A stretch of 64,000 nucleotides of DNA, taken from the NCBI GenBank assembly GCA_951406725.2, contig OX597817.1, forward strand, positions 91,946,001 through 92,010,000. Reading direction: 5' to 3'. A program made the position numbers and the translations under genes. This document shows positions 12,506 to 24,810 of this stretch, piece by piece; the first letter of the stretch is position 1; the number at the start of each line of letters is the position of its first letter. Under the pieces are notes generated by a model, which was not told the DNA's origin, did no database searches, and saw only the letters and a program-made list of their open reading frames with translations. This DNA comes from Octopus vulgaris. Lineage: Eukaryota.

Positions 12506-12510
<5 letters not shown>
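11850..12510 (+). mobile_element. Penelope-like pseudo-LTR family P1 copy plus a tandem related subfamily copy
   Basis: 11850-12300 matches 545-968. 12320-12510 is a diverged relative ending in (TA)n. Hammerhead motifs at 12163-12200 and 12382-12417. Confidence 0.65.
12163..12200 (+). ncRNA. Minimal hammerhead motif, A6U variant (identical to 799-836)
   Basis: TCTTTCTGTTGAAGAGCGTAGGCTCGAAACGTTAAAGA. Confidence 0.6.
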
Positions 12511-12539
<29 letters not shown>

Positions 12540-12549
<10 letters not shown>

Positions 12550-12845
12550 TATTCCTTCTCGCCCACACATGGCTCATAGGACCGGTTTCCCAGTTTCCTT
12601 GGTGTATAGGTTCCCCAACTGGACAGGACACCGGTCCATCGCAGGTGAGCTGCAAGATGCAGGAGGAAAGAATGAGAGAAAGTTGTGGCAAAAGAGTCAG
12701 CAGAAGTTCGCTATTACCTTCGGCCAGAGCCGTGTGGAGCTTAGGTGTTTTCCTCATAAACACACACATCACCCGGTCTGAGATTTGAACCCGCAATCCC
12801 TCAACCACGAGTCCACTGCTCTAATCACTAGGCCATGTGCCTCCA
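12540..12845 (-). mobile_element. tRNA-derived SINE
   Basis: Minus-strand head TGGCCTAGTGATTAGAGCAGTGGACTCGTGGTTGAGG...GGGTTCAAATCTC and an (AAC)n tail. Confidence 0.75.
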
Positions 12846-12869
12846 TACACACACACATGCACACATTTA

Positions 12870-13876
12870 TATATATATATATATATATAAACTGAGAATG
12901 TGTGTCTGTCTGTCTGTCTGTGTGTTTCCCTAAAACTTGAGAACTACACAACCAATTTCATTCAAATTTTACACATGCCTTACTTAGGGCCCATGTAGTT
13001 TCATGGGCAAAAAAATGTTCAACTTCTTGCCTAAGGCGAGACCATCGCAATATCATATCTTCTCCACTATTTCAGTATTATGTGTTAAAAGTGAAACAAA
13101 AACATTTCTCTATTTTATGTCAGATACTTTCACTTTAACAATAAAAATTAGAGATAATAATAACAATTGAATTATATGTAGTAAGTAATAATTAAAATCA
13201 AACTAAAATATAAAATAATCGTAACATAACAAAAGTAAAAATAGCAATTGGTATAAAATTGCATCAATGACTTGAACTTGAATAAGTGGTTTCACATGAA
13301 TGGGAATAAATTGAAAATAAAATTAATGCGCAGAAATGGAATAGTCTATTAAATTAAAGAAAAGACTATTGTCTATAAAGTATACAATGTAGTGAAAAAA
13401 AAAATTTGAACACCTGAAGGAAAGCACCATCGAAAAGTGTCTTGGTGCAACTATGAAAGATATCAAGTATCTAACCAGAGGCGGTAAATTTGCCACAATA
13501 GAAGCAAGGTTCGAGTCAACGGAGCGTGCAAGGGAGTACTTGACTGGAACCTTGCAAAGTGGAAATATTTTATTTTTACCTTTATATCTGGGACATAGGA
13601 CGACCCAGATAAAAATTTAAAATGTCCCCCCAGCAGTAAAGGTAGGCTGGATTGTAGCCACACTTCTATACAAGAGGGAGGACAAGATACAATTGATCGA
13701 AATTGCAAGAGACGGGCCTACAATTCCAGTCTGTTATATATTTTGAGTATTGTTATCACTAGCGATATCAAGATATAACTTTGTATTTTGTATTTTATGT
13801 GTAGATGAACACATATATATACACATATATACATGCACTAGCACTATGACCCGGCAACGCCGGGTCATAATACTAG
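12870..13876 (+). mobile_element. Non-autonomous Helitron, family H3, carrying a captured coding fragment
   Basis: 5' TATATAAACTGAGAATGTGTGTCTGTCTG, 3' palindromic hairpin plus CTAG-T. A longer copy lies inverted at 40611-42346. Confidence 0.75.
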
Positions 13877-13879
13877 TAT

Positions 13880-15080
13880 ATATATAAAACTGAGAATATA
13901 GTCGTGATTCATATCGAGCCCTTCTGGGTATTAGCGCGCGTCTACGATGAGTCTACGATTTTAAAAATAATTTACCATAATTTTTTTCCATTTTAAAGCA
14001 TATTTTGGGAGGTTCTTCCAATTTTTTCGTGTGTCGATGGCGGCGGAGTTCATGCTCACACCTGCACCTGTGTTGCTTCTCCCCCTTCTTCCCTCCCTCG
14101 TGAAGCTGTGGGGATGGGAGTGTAAAGAAATCAACGTCGTAAAGCGTTATCAAGGAGACCAGCGTTCTTTTAGAACAACGACTTCATGGCTTGAAGACAC
14201 CAAAACAGAAATGGCTAAGAAAGCCCGAAAGCAAATTCTACATAATCGGGAAACACACCACACAGGGAAGGTTTCCCGTGCAAAGAATTTGCACAACCGA
14301 ATGTTTTAGTTGTTGCACAACTTTTACTTAAAAAATATTATCCAAATACAAACTTTTGAAGGCAATATTGTATGGCGATGGTACTTGTGAAATATGGTAA
14401 TGGATTTAGTAGCCAAAAGGAGAGAGCAGAGGCATAGTATGGTGGTGGTGGAGGCAGTGGTAGTGGCAGCGGTGGTGGCGGTGGTGCTGCTAGTGGTGAT
14501 GGTGATCGTGGTCGTGGTGGTCGTCATGTTTGTGGTGGTGGTGGTGGTGTTGTTGTTGTTGTTGGTGGTGGTGGTCGTGGTGGTCGTGGTGGTGGGGATG
14601 GTGATGATGGTGGTGGTCGTGGTCGTGGTGATGATGGTGGTGGTCTTCGTGATGGTGGTGGCAATGGTGGTGGTGATGGTCATGGGCGTAGTGGTGGTGG
14701 TGGTCATGGTGGTAGTGGTGACGGTGTTGGTCGTGGTGGTGGTGGTGGTGGTGGCTGAAGCTGTCGTCTGGGTTCTTCCAATTTTTTCGTGTGTCGGTGG
14801 CGGCGTTGGCGTTCATGCTCGCACCTGCACCTGTGTAGCTCCTCCCCTCCTTCCCTCCCTCGTGAAGCTGTGGGGAAGACAGGGTAGGGAAATCAATGTC
14901 GTAAAGCTTTGTCAAGGAGACCAGCGTTCTTTTAGAACAACGACTTCATGGCTTGAAGTCGCCAAACAGAAATCGCTAAAAAAGCTGAAACAGATCCACA
15001 AAAACGGCAAAAACCGCCACACAGGGCAGGTTTCCTGTGCAAACAATTTGCACAACCGAATGTTTTAGTTGTTGCACAAA
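13880..15080 (+). repeat. Chimeric Helitron-associated block with two direct repeats of about 310 bp around a (GTG)n tract
   Basis: About 14011-14320 matches about 14771-15079. It begins with the H3 5' end fused to H1 internal sequence. Confidence 0.65.
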
Positions 15081-15459
15081 TCTTTATATATAAAAGTGAA
15101 GTTGTGTGTCTGTCTCCTTAGATTCCTAACTACTCCCACATTTTGCGGTGCAGTTTAACCAAAACCGGGTATCTTATAGTCGTGATTCATATCGAGCCCT
15201 TCTGGGTATTAGCGCGCGTCTACGATGAGTCTACGATTTAAAAAAAATTTACTATCATTTTTTCTGTTTTAATGCATTTTTTCGCTATTATATAAGGGAA
15301 GTAACTCTCTAAAAATGTCTACGATGAGTCAACGATTTAAAAAAAAATTACCATAATTTTTTATTCCATTTTTAATGCATTTTTTTGCTATAACTCTCTA
15401 AAAATGCTTATATAGTTATTTCCCTTACAAACCCGAGCAACGCCGGGCGATACTGCTAG
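15081..15459 (+). mobile_element. Non-autonomous Helitron, family H1
   Basis: A|TCTTTATATATAAAAG...CCCGAGCAACGCCGGG-CGATACTG-CTAG|T. Close inverted copy at 19950-20345. Confidence 0.8.
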
Positions 15460-15490
15460 TTTAGATATAAAACTTCTTTATAACTATTTA

Positions 15491-18400
15491 ACTGGACCGA
15501 GTGATTGAAATTAGAAGCGGACGGAGTGAAGTTGGTGTATTAGTTCGAGTGGAGTTCGTAGGAAAATCGGAAGGTGTCGGTTGGTTAGTTCGTTTGGAAT
15601 ATTGATTGTTGGTTCGTGACAAGACTGTTGGATCGTTACGTCGTTATTACGGCTGCATCATTATCTTGTTTACTGTTACTACACTGGTACAGTGTATCTA
15701 AACCATCCGTCACAATATTGTGGCGGTACCACAACACCGGAGACGGAGGATACAACATCTGGCAATGAAGGTTTCGAAGATCACGTAGGTTATTTAACAG
15801 TTTGTTCGTGATACAACTTGTTAAATGATGGAAGACCTAATAGCTTATATAATACAGTTGCAACAGCAACGGGGGTTGTAGAAGCAACTAGTACAGCAAC
15901 AACTCCAACAACAATTATTATTTGTTATACGCAAAGAACTTCGAAAATGCGGCATGTTCGTTTTCGCTAGACGGCGTATCAAACTCCATAACAGAATTCA
16001 GCTATACCCCAGAGGCGAGTATAACTTTAGCCGCATACTAAAGAAGGTGCGAGGAGATTTTTAAGGAGGATTGCAAAACATGGTCGGATGAAGGAAAAGT
16101 AAGGTTATTATTATGTAAATTAGCTCCGTCTGAGCATGAACGATACAGTAATTTCATATTGCCCAAAAAGCCTAGTGAAATTTGTTTTCAGGAAACAATC
16201 AAATTACTGCCAAATATGCTTGGTGATAAAATTTTTCTATTTAACACGCGAATAGAGTGTTGGAATTTAACTAAAAAAGAGGATGTTAAACTGCCTTATT
16301 TTTGTACAAGGCCCTACAGCAAACGCCGATACAGAAATACGAGCTAGAGATCTTTCAAAACTTGAACCAGATTTAACCCAGCAGACTGTCGCAGAAGAGT
16401 TTCAAAGGATGGTGAACCTGAAACACGACGTAAGAAAAATTCAAGAAAAGCATTTCGCAAAAATTCATATATGTCGACCGAGAAAGTATAACCAAAGAAG
16501 GTTACTGGGTCTTAATCCATATTACGGATGCCTACATTTCAGAAAAGATCGTCCTTTTAAAAACCAAAAGTGTTACAGAAGAACAAAAGTACGAAGGTCA
16601 AATGTAAAAAATTCTTAAGTGCTCTCAGCAGAAAGTAAAATCGACTCGCAAATAAGGAAATTTGTACAGGTAAAAGTTGATGGAGTAAATATTAAATAAC
16701 CATTGGATACTGGTAGTGACATTTCAATCATGAACACCGACATGTGGAAGAAAAACTGCGAAAACTGCACATAGTGTAAATGGGCAATAAACTGCACTTT
16801 GTAAGCGAAATGTGGAATGATGTCATATATTGAGGGAAAACGTGCAAGGCGAAAGTTTTCACTGTAAAGAACGTAACCAATCTGTTTGGTACCGATTGTT
16901 TGGAGTTATTTGACTTATGGGATCTCCCTATAAGTCGGTGCTGTAAAAAATTAAATGGTTGCCCCACCAGTGAAAAGACCTCAGCAGCGGAATTGAAGAA
17001 AGAATTCATTAAAAATCGTTATGTGTAATGTTATTCACTAACTGCCAGTGACAGCACATGATATAAAAATGAAATCCGAAGAGGATAATTACATTACAAG
17101 AATGAAAAAAATGTTGAAAAATAAGTGAAATAAAAATACAAGTTCGAATAATTTTTCACTATGTGACGATGTTTTAACATACGCGCAAAGAGTGATAGTA
17201 CCAACTGCACTACAGAAATGAGTAAAGAGTGATAGTACCAACTGCACTACAGAAATGAGTATTGCAGGAATTCCACACTGGACACCTGGAAATGTCGAGA
17301 ATGAAAGCTTTAATGAAAAGCTATGTATAATGGCCGACAATGGATCGGGACATTAAAAATTGTGTAAAATCATATAGAGGTTGTGCGCTATGGGTGAAAT
17401 ACCAATCGTGGCCTGAAACAGATTGTCCGTGGTCCAGGGTACATATCGACTACGCTGGACCGGTGAACGGTGCATACTATCTAATCGTTGTTGATAGTGA
17501 TACAAAGTAGCCAGAGGTATGCAGAAAACCAACCGCAAAGACAGTAACTTTCCTGTATGAATTATTTTCCCGATAAGGTGTTCCAGACACGTTGGTATAA
17601 GATAATGGAACACAATTTACGGGTTGTGAATTCAAAACTTTCTGCAAAATACACGCGATAAAGCATATTTTTACTTCGCTCTGCCACCCGAGGTCAAATG
17701 GGCAGGTAGAAAGATTCGTTAATATTTTCAAACAAGCGTTAAAAACAGCAAGGAATGACTTAAGAAATGATGAAGTGCTAACGAAATTCTTGAGGGTATA
17801 TAGAGTAACACCCAATCCGAATTCCAATTCAGGAAAGTCTCCGGCAGAGTTAATGTTTGCGTGAAAATCAAAATCGATCTTCGATAAATTATTGCCATGA
17901 CAAAATATATTTAAAAGAAATACAGAAAAGGTAACAAAACATTTCGAAGTAGGAGATAAAGTTCATTTTAAAATTTACGAAAATGGTAAAGAAGGTTACG
18001 AGGATGGTTCTGTAACTAAAAGACTAAGAAACATGATGTATGTAATAAAAGGACAACGTTGGGAACATAAGAGACATATAAACCAATTATAGACGAGCCA
18101 TACTGGAAAACGGAAGGAAATACCAATGGAAGTCTGCTATGACATGTTTGAGGTGTCAACATCGAAAGAGGATGAGCTTCGTAGAAGCAGTAGTAGAAAA
18201 AGGAAACAACTGTACACTTAGAAATAATGCCAAAATGAAAAATATATTAAAAGTAAAAAAGGGGAGAGATGCTGGAAAAATATAAAATAAAATAAGTTTC
18301 ACTTTTTACGGAAGTTGAAATCTCAAAAGTAGAGATGTTGTGATGAGAATCACGACGCCCCCTTAAGAGAAATCGACTGGACCGAGCAATTGTAAATAGT

Positions 18401-18615
18401 AGCGGTTGGAGTGAAGTTTGTGTGTTAGTTCGAGTGGAGTGGTTAGTTCATTTGGAATATTGATAGTTGCTTCATGAAGAGATTGTTGGAACGTTATGTT
18501 GTTATTGCGGCTGCATCATTATCTTGTTTACTGTTACTACACTGGTACAGTGTATCTAAACTATCCACCACAATATCGTGGAGGTACCACGACACTGGAG
18601 ACGGAGGATACAACA
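15491..18615 (+). mobile_element. Gypsy-type LTR retrotransposon, internally deleted (gag, protease and integrase remnants; no RT/RNase H seen)
   Basis: LTRs at 15491-15757 and 18336-18615 (TGTTG...CAACA), PBS-like TGGCAATGAAG at 15760, LDTGSD protease motif near 16705, and integrase motifs HIDYAGP, DNGTQF and HPRSNGQVERF at 17440-17720. Confidence 0.85.
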
Positions 18616-18620
18616 ATATA

Positions 18621-19700
18621 CAAGAGGGTACCCAAAAGAAACCGGAATTTTGCAATATTATGTTATTCACTTAGTTTTGTATACTTATACTTTTATCACC
18701 TTCAAAGTATTCTCCATTTGAAGCAATGCATTGGTCCAGATGTATTTTCCACAGTTCGAAGTCGTCTTGGAACTCTTGTGAAGTGATGCCTTTTAACGCT
18801 TCCGTAATTTTTTCCTCGCCTCTTCCACATCTGCAAAACATTTTCCTTTAAGGACTGTTTTTTATTCAGGGGAACAAAAAAAAAAGAGCACAGGGAGCAA
18901 GGTTGGGTGAATAGGGAGAGTGGGTAAGCGGGGTCATTTTTGACCAAAAATTGTCTCATATTCAAAGCGCTGTGTGCAGATGTATTGTTGTGATGAAACC
19001 AACACTCTTCATTTTGCCACAGGTCGTGGCATTTTCGTCTCATCGCATCTTGCAAACGCTTCAGAACTGCCAAATAAAATGTCTGGTTAACAGTTTGACC
19101 AGGAGGAACAAATTCTGTGTAAACAATTCCTTCCACATTGATGAAACAAACCAACATCGTCTTAACATTAAACTTCTCTTGACGCGCTTTTTTGGGGCTT
19201 GGTGACAGTGAATGCTTCTATTGATTTGATTGCAGCTTCATTTCCAGGTCATAGCCATAGCAACAACATTTGTCACCAGTAATGACCTTCAAAAGACGGT
19301 CTGGATCAACTTCCAGCTGTTCCTTAAGTTCACGACACGCATTGAGTTGTAACTGCTTTTGATCTTCCGTGAGCAAGTGATGTACAAATTTTTCCGTAAC
19401 TCTTTTCATATGCAATTCCTCTCTCAAAAATCCATTAGTAGGAGCTCCAGGACACACCAGTCATATCAACAAGTTCGTGAATTGTTCGGCGACTGTCCTC
19501 CATGATGTTTTTATTCGTTCGGGAGGTCGACGGTTGCCCTGAATGAGGCTGGTCCTCAAGCAACAACTGACCATTCCTAAAGCGTGAAAACCACTCGTAA
19601 ATTTGTGTTTTGCTCATGGTAGAGTCCTTGTAAGCTGTTTGAAGTATGACGACTGTTTTGGTCTCTGTTTGCTCCTTGGCTGAGTTTCCTGATTGGCTGG
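18621..19700 (-). mobile_element. Mariner transposon (decayed)
   Basis: TA-CAAGAGGGTACCCAAAAG terminus. ORFs 18702-19157, 19218-19457 and 19435-19902 contain mariner motifs (ITGD, YEWFSRF, HHNN.SAH). Confidence 0.85.
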
Positions 19701-19949
19701 AGTTTCCATAGCACAACTGTGCAACAACACGATAACAAAAATAGATTTTCTCACTCGCAACAGTACCCCCGCTCAGACTACAAGACGATACAAACAATAG
19801 TAATGCACAAGACAAAAAATGCAGAGCCAAATGTCCAAACAAGGAAAAAAACATGAATACATCAGGAAAAGCAATATTACAAATGCAAGAAAAGGCGAGC
19901 ATACGAAAATGAGAAAATGACAGGCACTTAAGGCAAGTTTATATATATA

Positions 19950-20345
19950 CTAGCAGTATCGCCCGGCGTTGCTCGGGTTTGTAAGGGAAATAACTATATA
20001 AGCATTTTTAGAGAGTTATAGCCAAAAAATAGCAAAAAAATGCATTAAAAATTGAAAAAAAATTAAGGTAAATTTTTTTTTTAAATCGTTGACACATCGT
20101 AGATATTTTTAGAGAGTTACTTCCCTTATATAAAAGCGAAAAAATGCATTAAAATGGAAAAATATGATGGTAAATTTTTTTTAAATCGTAGACTCATCGT
20201 AGACGCGCGCTAATACCCAGAAGGGCTCGATATGAATCACGACTATAAGATACCCGGTTTTGGTTAAACTGCACCGCAAAATGTGGGAGTAGTTACGAAT
20301 CTAAATCGTAGGAGACAGACACACAACTTCACTCTTATATAAAGA
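19950..20345 (-). mobile_element. Non-autonomous Helitron, family H1
   Basis: Reverse complement of 15081-15459, with TC/CTAG ends in an A|T target. Confidence 0.8.
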
Positions 20346-21246
20346 TGCTTTTTTTTTCAGTCATAGAGTTAGATTTATGAAGGTCTTCAGTAGAAAATCC
20401 TTCGAATTCTGACTCGCTGCTTGATATAATGAAATTCGTATCCATTTTTTGTCAGAATTACAAATTTTGAAAACACAATAGGAACAAATTTCGGAAAAAA
20501 ATCTCCCATAATTCACGGAATTAAAATTACACTTCGATTTTTGTACAAAACTGTATTTGAAGTGTTTACGAAGTATAATACGTGTTTTCACGAATGTACT
20601 AAAGAGATTTACTCTGATATTCTCATTTAAATATGAATAGGTAAATTCGGGCGGTTTGGTAACGAAAGGGTTAAACGGATGCATACATTTATTAATAACT
20701 ATATATAAGTGTCGTCTGTTTATACATAAACACTGTTTCATACTTTCAGTTTAGTCTTCCTCAAATCACTCTGTCGCTATTTACTCTCTTCCAAGAACTT
20801 TTTCACTCACTCTTATCTCTTAGCTTGCCATACATTTTACTCATGTATCTATCAGCGTGATAGACAGAAACAAATATAACATCGCCATCGCCATCCCATT
20901 CTATTGTCTACCTGTCAACACACACACAGTGAATTAGTTTCAGTTTATTCGTTGCACACTGTGTGTGTGCGTTTGCGTGTGCTGTAAACCAGACTAAGAA
21001 AAGCATTTGACATACACACCAGAATGTGAGTTTTCTGTAAATTTTGCTTAATTGGAGTTTAAATTTTAAAAACTGGACCTGGCATGACCCGATGCATTCT
21101 ACTCTTTAAAATGCTAGGTAAATTGTAATTGAAGAAATCCTATATTGTAGATTTCTATAAGTGACAAAGGGAGGCAGATAAAATCTGCCTTTTATAATAA
21201 GAGATACAATCTTGCAAAGTCTCTTAGGCCAATGGATGCGTGTTGG

Positions 21247-21365
21247 TAGAGGTGAGGGAGATGTGTGTGGAGGAGAGGGAGATGTGTGTGGAGGAGAGGG
21301 AGATGTGTGTGGAGATGAGGGAGATGTGTGTGGAGGTGAGGGAGATATGTGTGGAGCAGGGTGTG
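21247..21365. repeat. 18-bp minisatellite (GGAGAGGGAGATGTGTGT)n
   Basis: About 5-6 tandem units are visible. Confidence 0.85.
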
Positions 21366-21399
21366 TATGGGGTATAGGTGGCTCCGGAGTATGAACATC

Positions 21400-23390
21400 T
21401 TTTAAATCCTTCAGCAGAGACAGTGTCTTTGGAACCATTGCAGTCAATGGTGAAATGTTTGTTAGAATGAGAAAGAATATGATAGGGTCCTGAGTAAGGT
21501 TGGGTGAGAGGACTTCTCACGGCATCGTTTCTGACGAAAACATGTGTCCACGAGGCCATGTCGCTCAGGACTGCAGGTTTCACGTTTGGTTCCGAGTGTT
21601 CATTGGCGGTATGTCTTGAAGATATGTACAAAGGTGGTTCACATACAAAGTAAAATCCTGAGTCTACAGACCTACTGGGACAGGCATCTGTCCCGGTAAA
21701 GACAATGAAACACCGTACAGCAGCTCAGCTCCAATGATTTCTTTGAATGAAGCTTGAATGCTAAGGAGTACTATTGGGAGGTACTTGATCCAGCATTAAT
21801 TATCAAGATAAGTACAAAAGGCGGCTTTCAACTGTCGATGGAAACGCTCCATCATTCCGTTGGATGCAGGATGGTAACTTGTAGTACGTATCTGCTGGGT
21901 ACCACTGATCGTGGTAAGTTCTGTCTACCACAGTCTGTAGTGATGGTGATAAGAGACACCGTAATGTGATACCCAGTCCGATACCTGGGCTTGTGCTACA
22001 GTATAAGCAGAAATACCAGGGGAATGGCTTCAGGTCAGAGGATGAAAGATCAATACAAGTAAGGATGTAAGTATATCCTTAACTGATGGGCCAGGTTCCA
22101 ACAAGATCAATGTGGATGTGGCAGAAACATGAGTCTGGTGTGCTGTAGGTGCCGAGGGTTCATGAATGTGTTTATGCAGTGGAGGCAAGATTAAGATCAG
22201 TCAGTAATATCATGTCTCATGTTCAGCCAGAAGAATCTAGCCATAATGAGCTTCACTGAGGTTGAGGCTGCAGCATGCGATAGATTATGCAGGGCTTCAA
22301 ATACAGCTCGTCTCTGGGACGAGGGGATGTGGCGAATCTGTTGATACGTCACACAGGATATGTTTGTCAGAGGTTGACACGGGAAAGTATTTGATTTTGC
22401 ACATCACAAATCCAGAAGATAACTTGATTGAGTCCAGAGGAGGTTGCTATGAGGACAAAACATTGAGGTCGATATCCGCAGTGAGTGCTAAATAATTAAT
22501 CTGCAGACAGGACAATGCATCTGCAGCAGCGTTTTGTGCAATGGAGATGTGTTGAATATCGTTGGTGAATTGCGATATAAAGTCAAGGTGTCAAGTCTCT
22601 CTTGATGAGTACCTTTCCAGCTTAGACTGCAAGGCAAAGGTAAGAGGTTTGCTGTCAGAATATAGAGTGAAGATCCTTCCTTCAAGGATGTGTTGAAAAT
22701 GCTTCACAGAAAGGTAAATCGCCGACAATTTGCGACTGCCCGTATTCTAACACATTTCAGCCAGTTTCAGCTGTCGAGATAAAAAGGTGAGAGGTTGCAA
22801 GTGATGCTGATGAATTTGCCGTAAAACAGCACCAATTTCAGTGTCAGCCGCAGAAACCACAAGCGAAAGCTTTGCATCGGAAACAGGGAGTGCAAGGAGA
22901 AATGCTCAAGAAAGCTCATGTTTTACAGTATCAAAAGCTTTGGTTTGAGTAGGAGTCAGCGAAATGGTTTCATTCTTCTTACGTTTGTTTATGAGAATCT
23001 TGGTAAGTGGAATCAGGAGTCCAGCACAGTGAGGAATGAATCGACAATAGAAGTTAAGTAAGCCAAGGAAGTGGCGTAACTGACGAAGAGAGGTCGGAGG
23101 AGGAACGTCCTTAATAACTCAAACTTTGGTAGAGGTCGAATGCCATCTCCATCAATGGTGTGACCAAGAAACACAAGGGAGGATACGCCAAAAACACATT
23201 TAACCAGGTTAATTCACAACTTATATTGGATATGGTAAAGTAACCTTAAATGACGAGCAAGTTCTTCCAATGAAGAACTGGCAATCAGATCATTGATATA
23301 GGCATAAACAAAATCCAGTCCACGAATGACTTCATCTATGAGCTACTGAAAAGTGCTGGTAGCATTGTGGCGGCCAAATGGCATAGTCAA
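21400..23390 (-). mobile_element. Gypsy pol remnant (RT, RNase H, integrase)
   Basis: Minus strand gives MPFG...STFQ...GLDFVYAYIND near 23290-23385, FLGLLNFYCRFIP near 23050, and the GPY integrase tail HVFVRNDAVRSPLTQPYSGPYHIL. Confidence 0.85.
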
Positions 23391-23556
23391 GATTATCATT
23401 TTAGTCAGAGAACCCTAGGTAGCTATATTTCACAAGACTTTTCAGAGCTTTATTATAATACACATGTGTGAGTGTGTGTGTGTGTGTGTGTCATTGTTAT
23501 TATAATAAATTTATAGACTTTCTAGAGAATGTGGAATAATTTTCTTTTGGAATTGG

Positions 23557-23587
<31 letters not shown>

Positions 23588-23760
23588 GCAAGAAACTCAA
23601 AAGAGGGCAGCAATGTCAAACTCCTTCCTTCACCAAGAGCCAACTGCATAAGAGTGGCCATGGGAAAGATGATTAGACAGATGGTGCTCCAACCTTTGCG
23701 CTGAAATTCATAAAGAAAAAAAAAAGGAATATATATGTACATATATACATACACACACTC

Positions 23761-23834
<74 letters not shown>

Positions 23835-23862
23835 GAGTATGTGTATGTATATATGTATATAT

Positions 23863-24170
23863 GTGGTGCACAATGGCCCAGTGGTTAGGGCAGCGGACTT
23901 GCGGTCGTAGGATCACGGTTTCGATTCCCAGACCGGGCGTTGTGAGTGTTTATTGAGTGAAAACACCTAAAGCTCCACGAGGCTCCGGGAGGGGATGGTG
24001 GCAATCCCTGCTGTACTCTTTCACCACAACTTCCTCTCACTCTTTCTTCTGTTGGCCTGCTCACTTAGCCAGCGGGGTAGTGTCATTTGAAGGCTAAAAC
24101 AATGCGAAGCGCATTGTGACCAGCGATGTGTAGCAACATCTGATAGCCTGGTTGGTCACGTGATCACGTG
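23863..24170 (+). mobile_element. tRNA-derived SINE
   Basis: Head TGGCCCAGTGGTTAGGGCAGCGGACTTGCGGTCG...GGTTTCGATTCCC. Confidence 0.75.
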
Positions 24171-24198
24171 ATATATATATACATATATATATATATAC

Positions 24199-24315
<117 letters not shown>

Positions 24316-24474
24316 TCATCATCATCATCGTTTAGCGTCCGTTTTCCATGCTAGCATGGGTTGGACGGTTCAACTGGGGTCTGTGAAGCCAGAAGGCTTC
24401 ATCAGGCCTAGTCAGATCTGGCAGTGTTTCTACGGCTGGATGCCCTTCCTAATGCCAACCACTCTGTGAGTGTA

Positions 24475-24518
<44 letters not shown>

Positions 24519-24697
24519 TGATGATGATGATAATGATAACGAGAGGAATTCTTTGTGGCTTGAATAAGTCACACCTGGAAACACAGGTGTTATATATATA
24601 TATATATATATATGCATGTACAGTCGTTCTAATTAAAATGATGTTTCAGCATTAAATCTGTTTAAACTTCAAACCAAATGTTATAGTTCGTAATATT

Positions 24698-24810
24698 GTT
24701 TACAGCCATATCACATTGAAAATGCTGGTTCTCATCTAAAGTTAAGCAACGTTGAGCCCAGTTAGCACTTAAGTGGGTGATTACTTGGGAAATCTAGGTA
24801 CTGTAAACAT
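24698..24810 (+). pseudogene. 5S rRNA pseudogene
   Basis: GTTTACAGCCATATCACATTGAAAATGCTGGTTCTCATC...AAGTTAAGCAACGTTGAGCCCAGTTAGCACTT...TGGGTGA...TGGGAA...GGTACTGTAAAC follows invertebrate 5S rRNA, with CpG decay and a short deletion. Confidence 0.85.

Noticed and set aside
13463-13708. Track ORF MQFRSIVSCPP, duplicated at 40799-41134
   Set aside because: The duplication reflects the Helitron repeat, and the opposite strand gives the more protein-like frame.
14394-15068. 224-aa Val-rich ORF and the overlapping His-rich and Thr-rich antisense ORFs
   Set aside because: Products of a degenerate (GTG)n tract plus a duplicated repeat, with no splice or domain support.
23863-23940. tRNA-like sequences at SINE heads
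   Set aside because: They continue into SINE bodies and lack a complete cloverleaf, so they are not called as tRNA genes.
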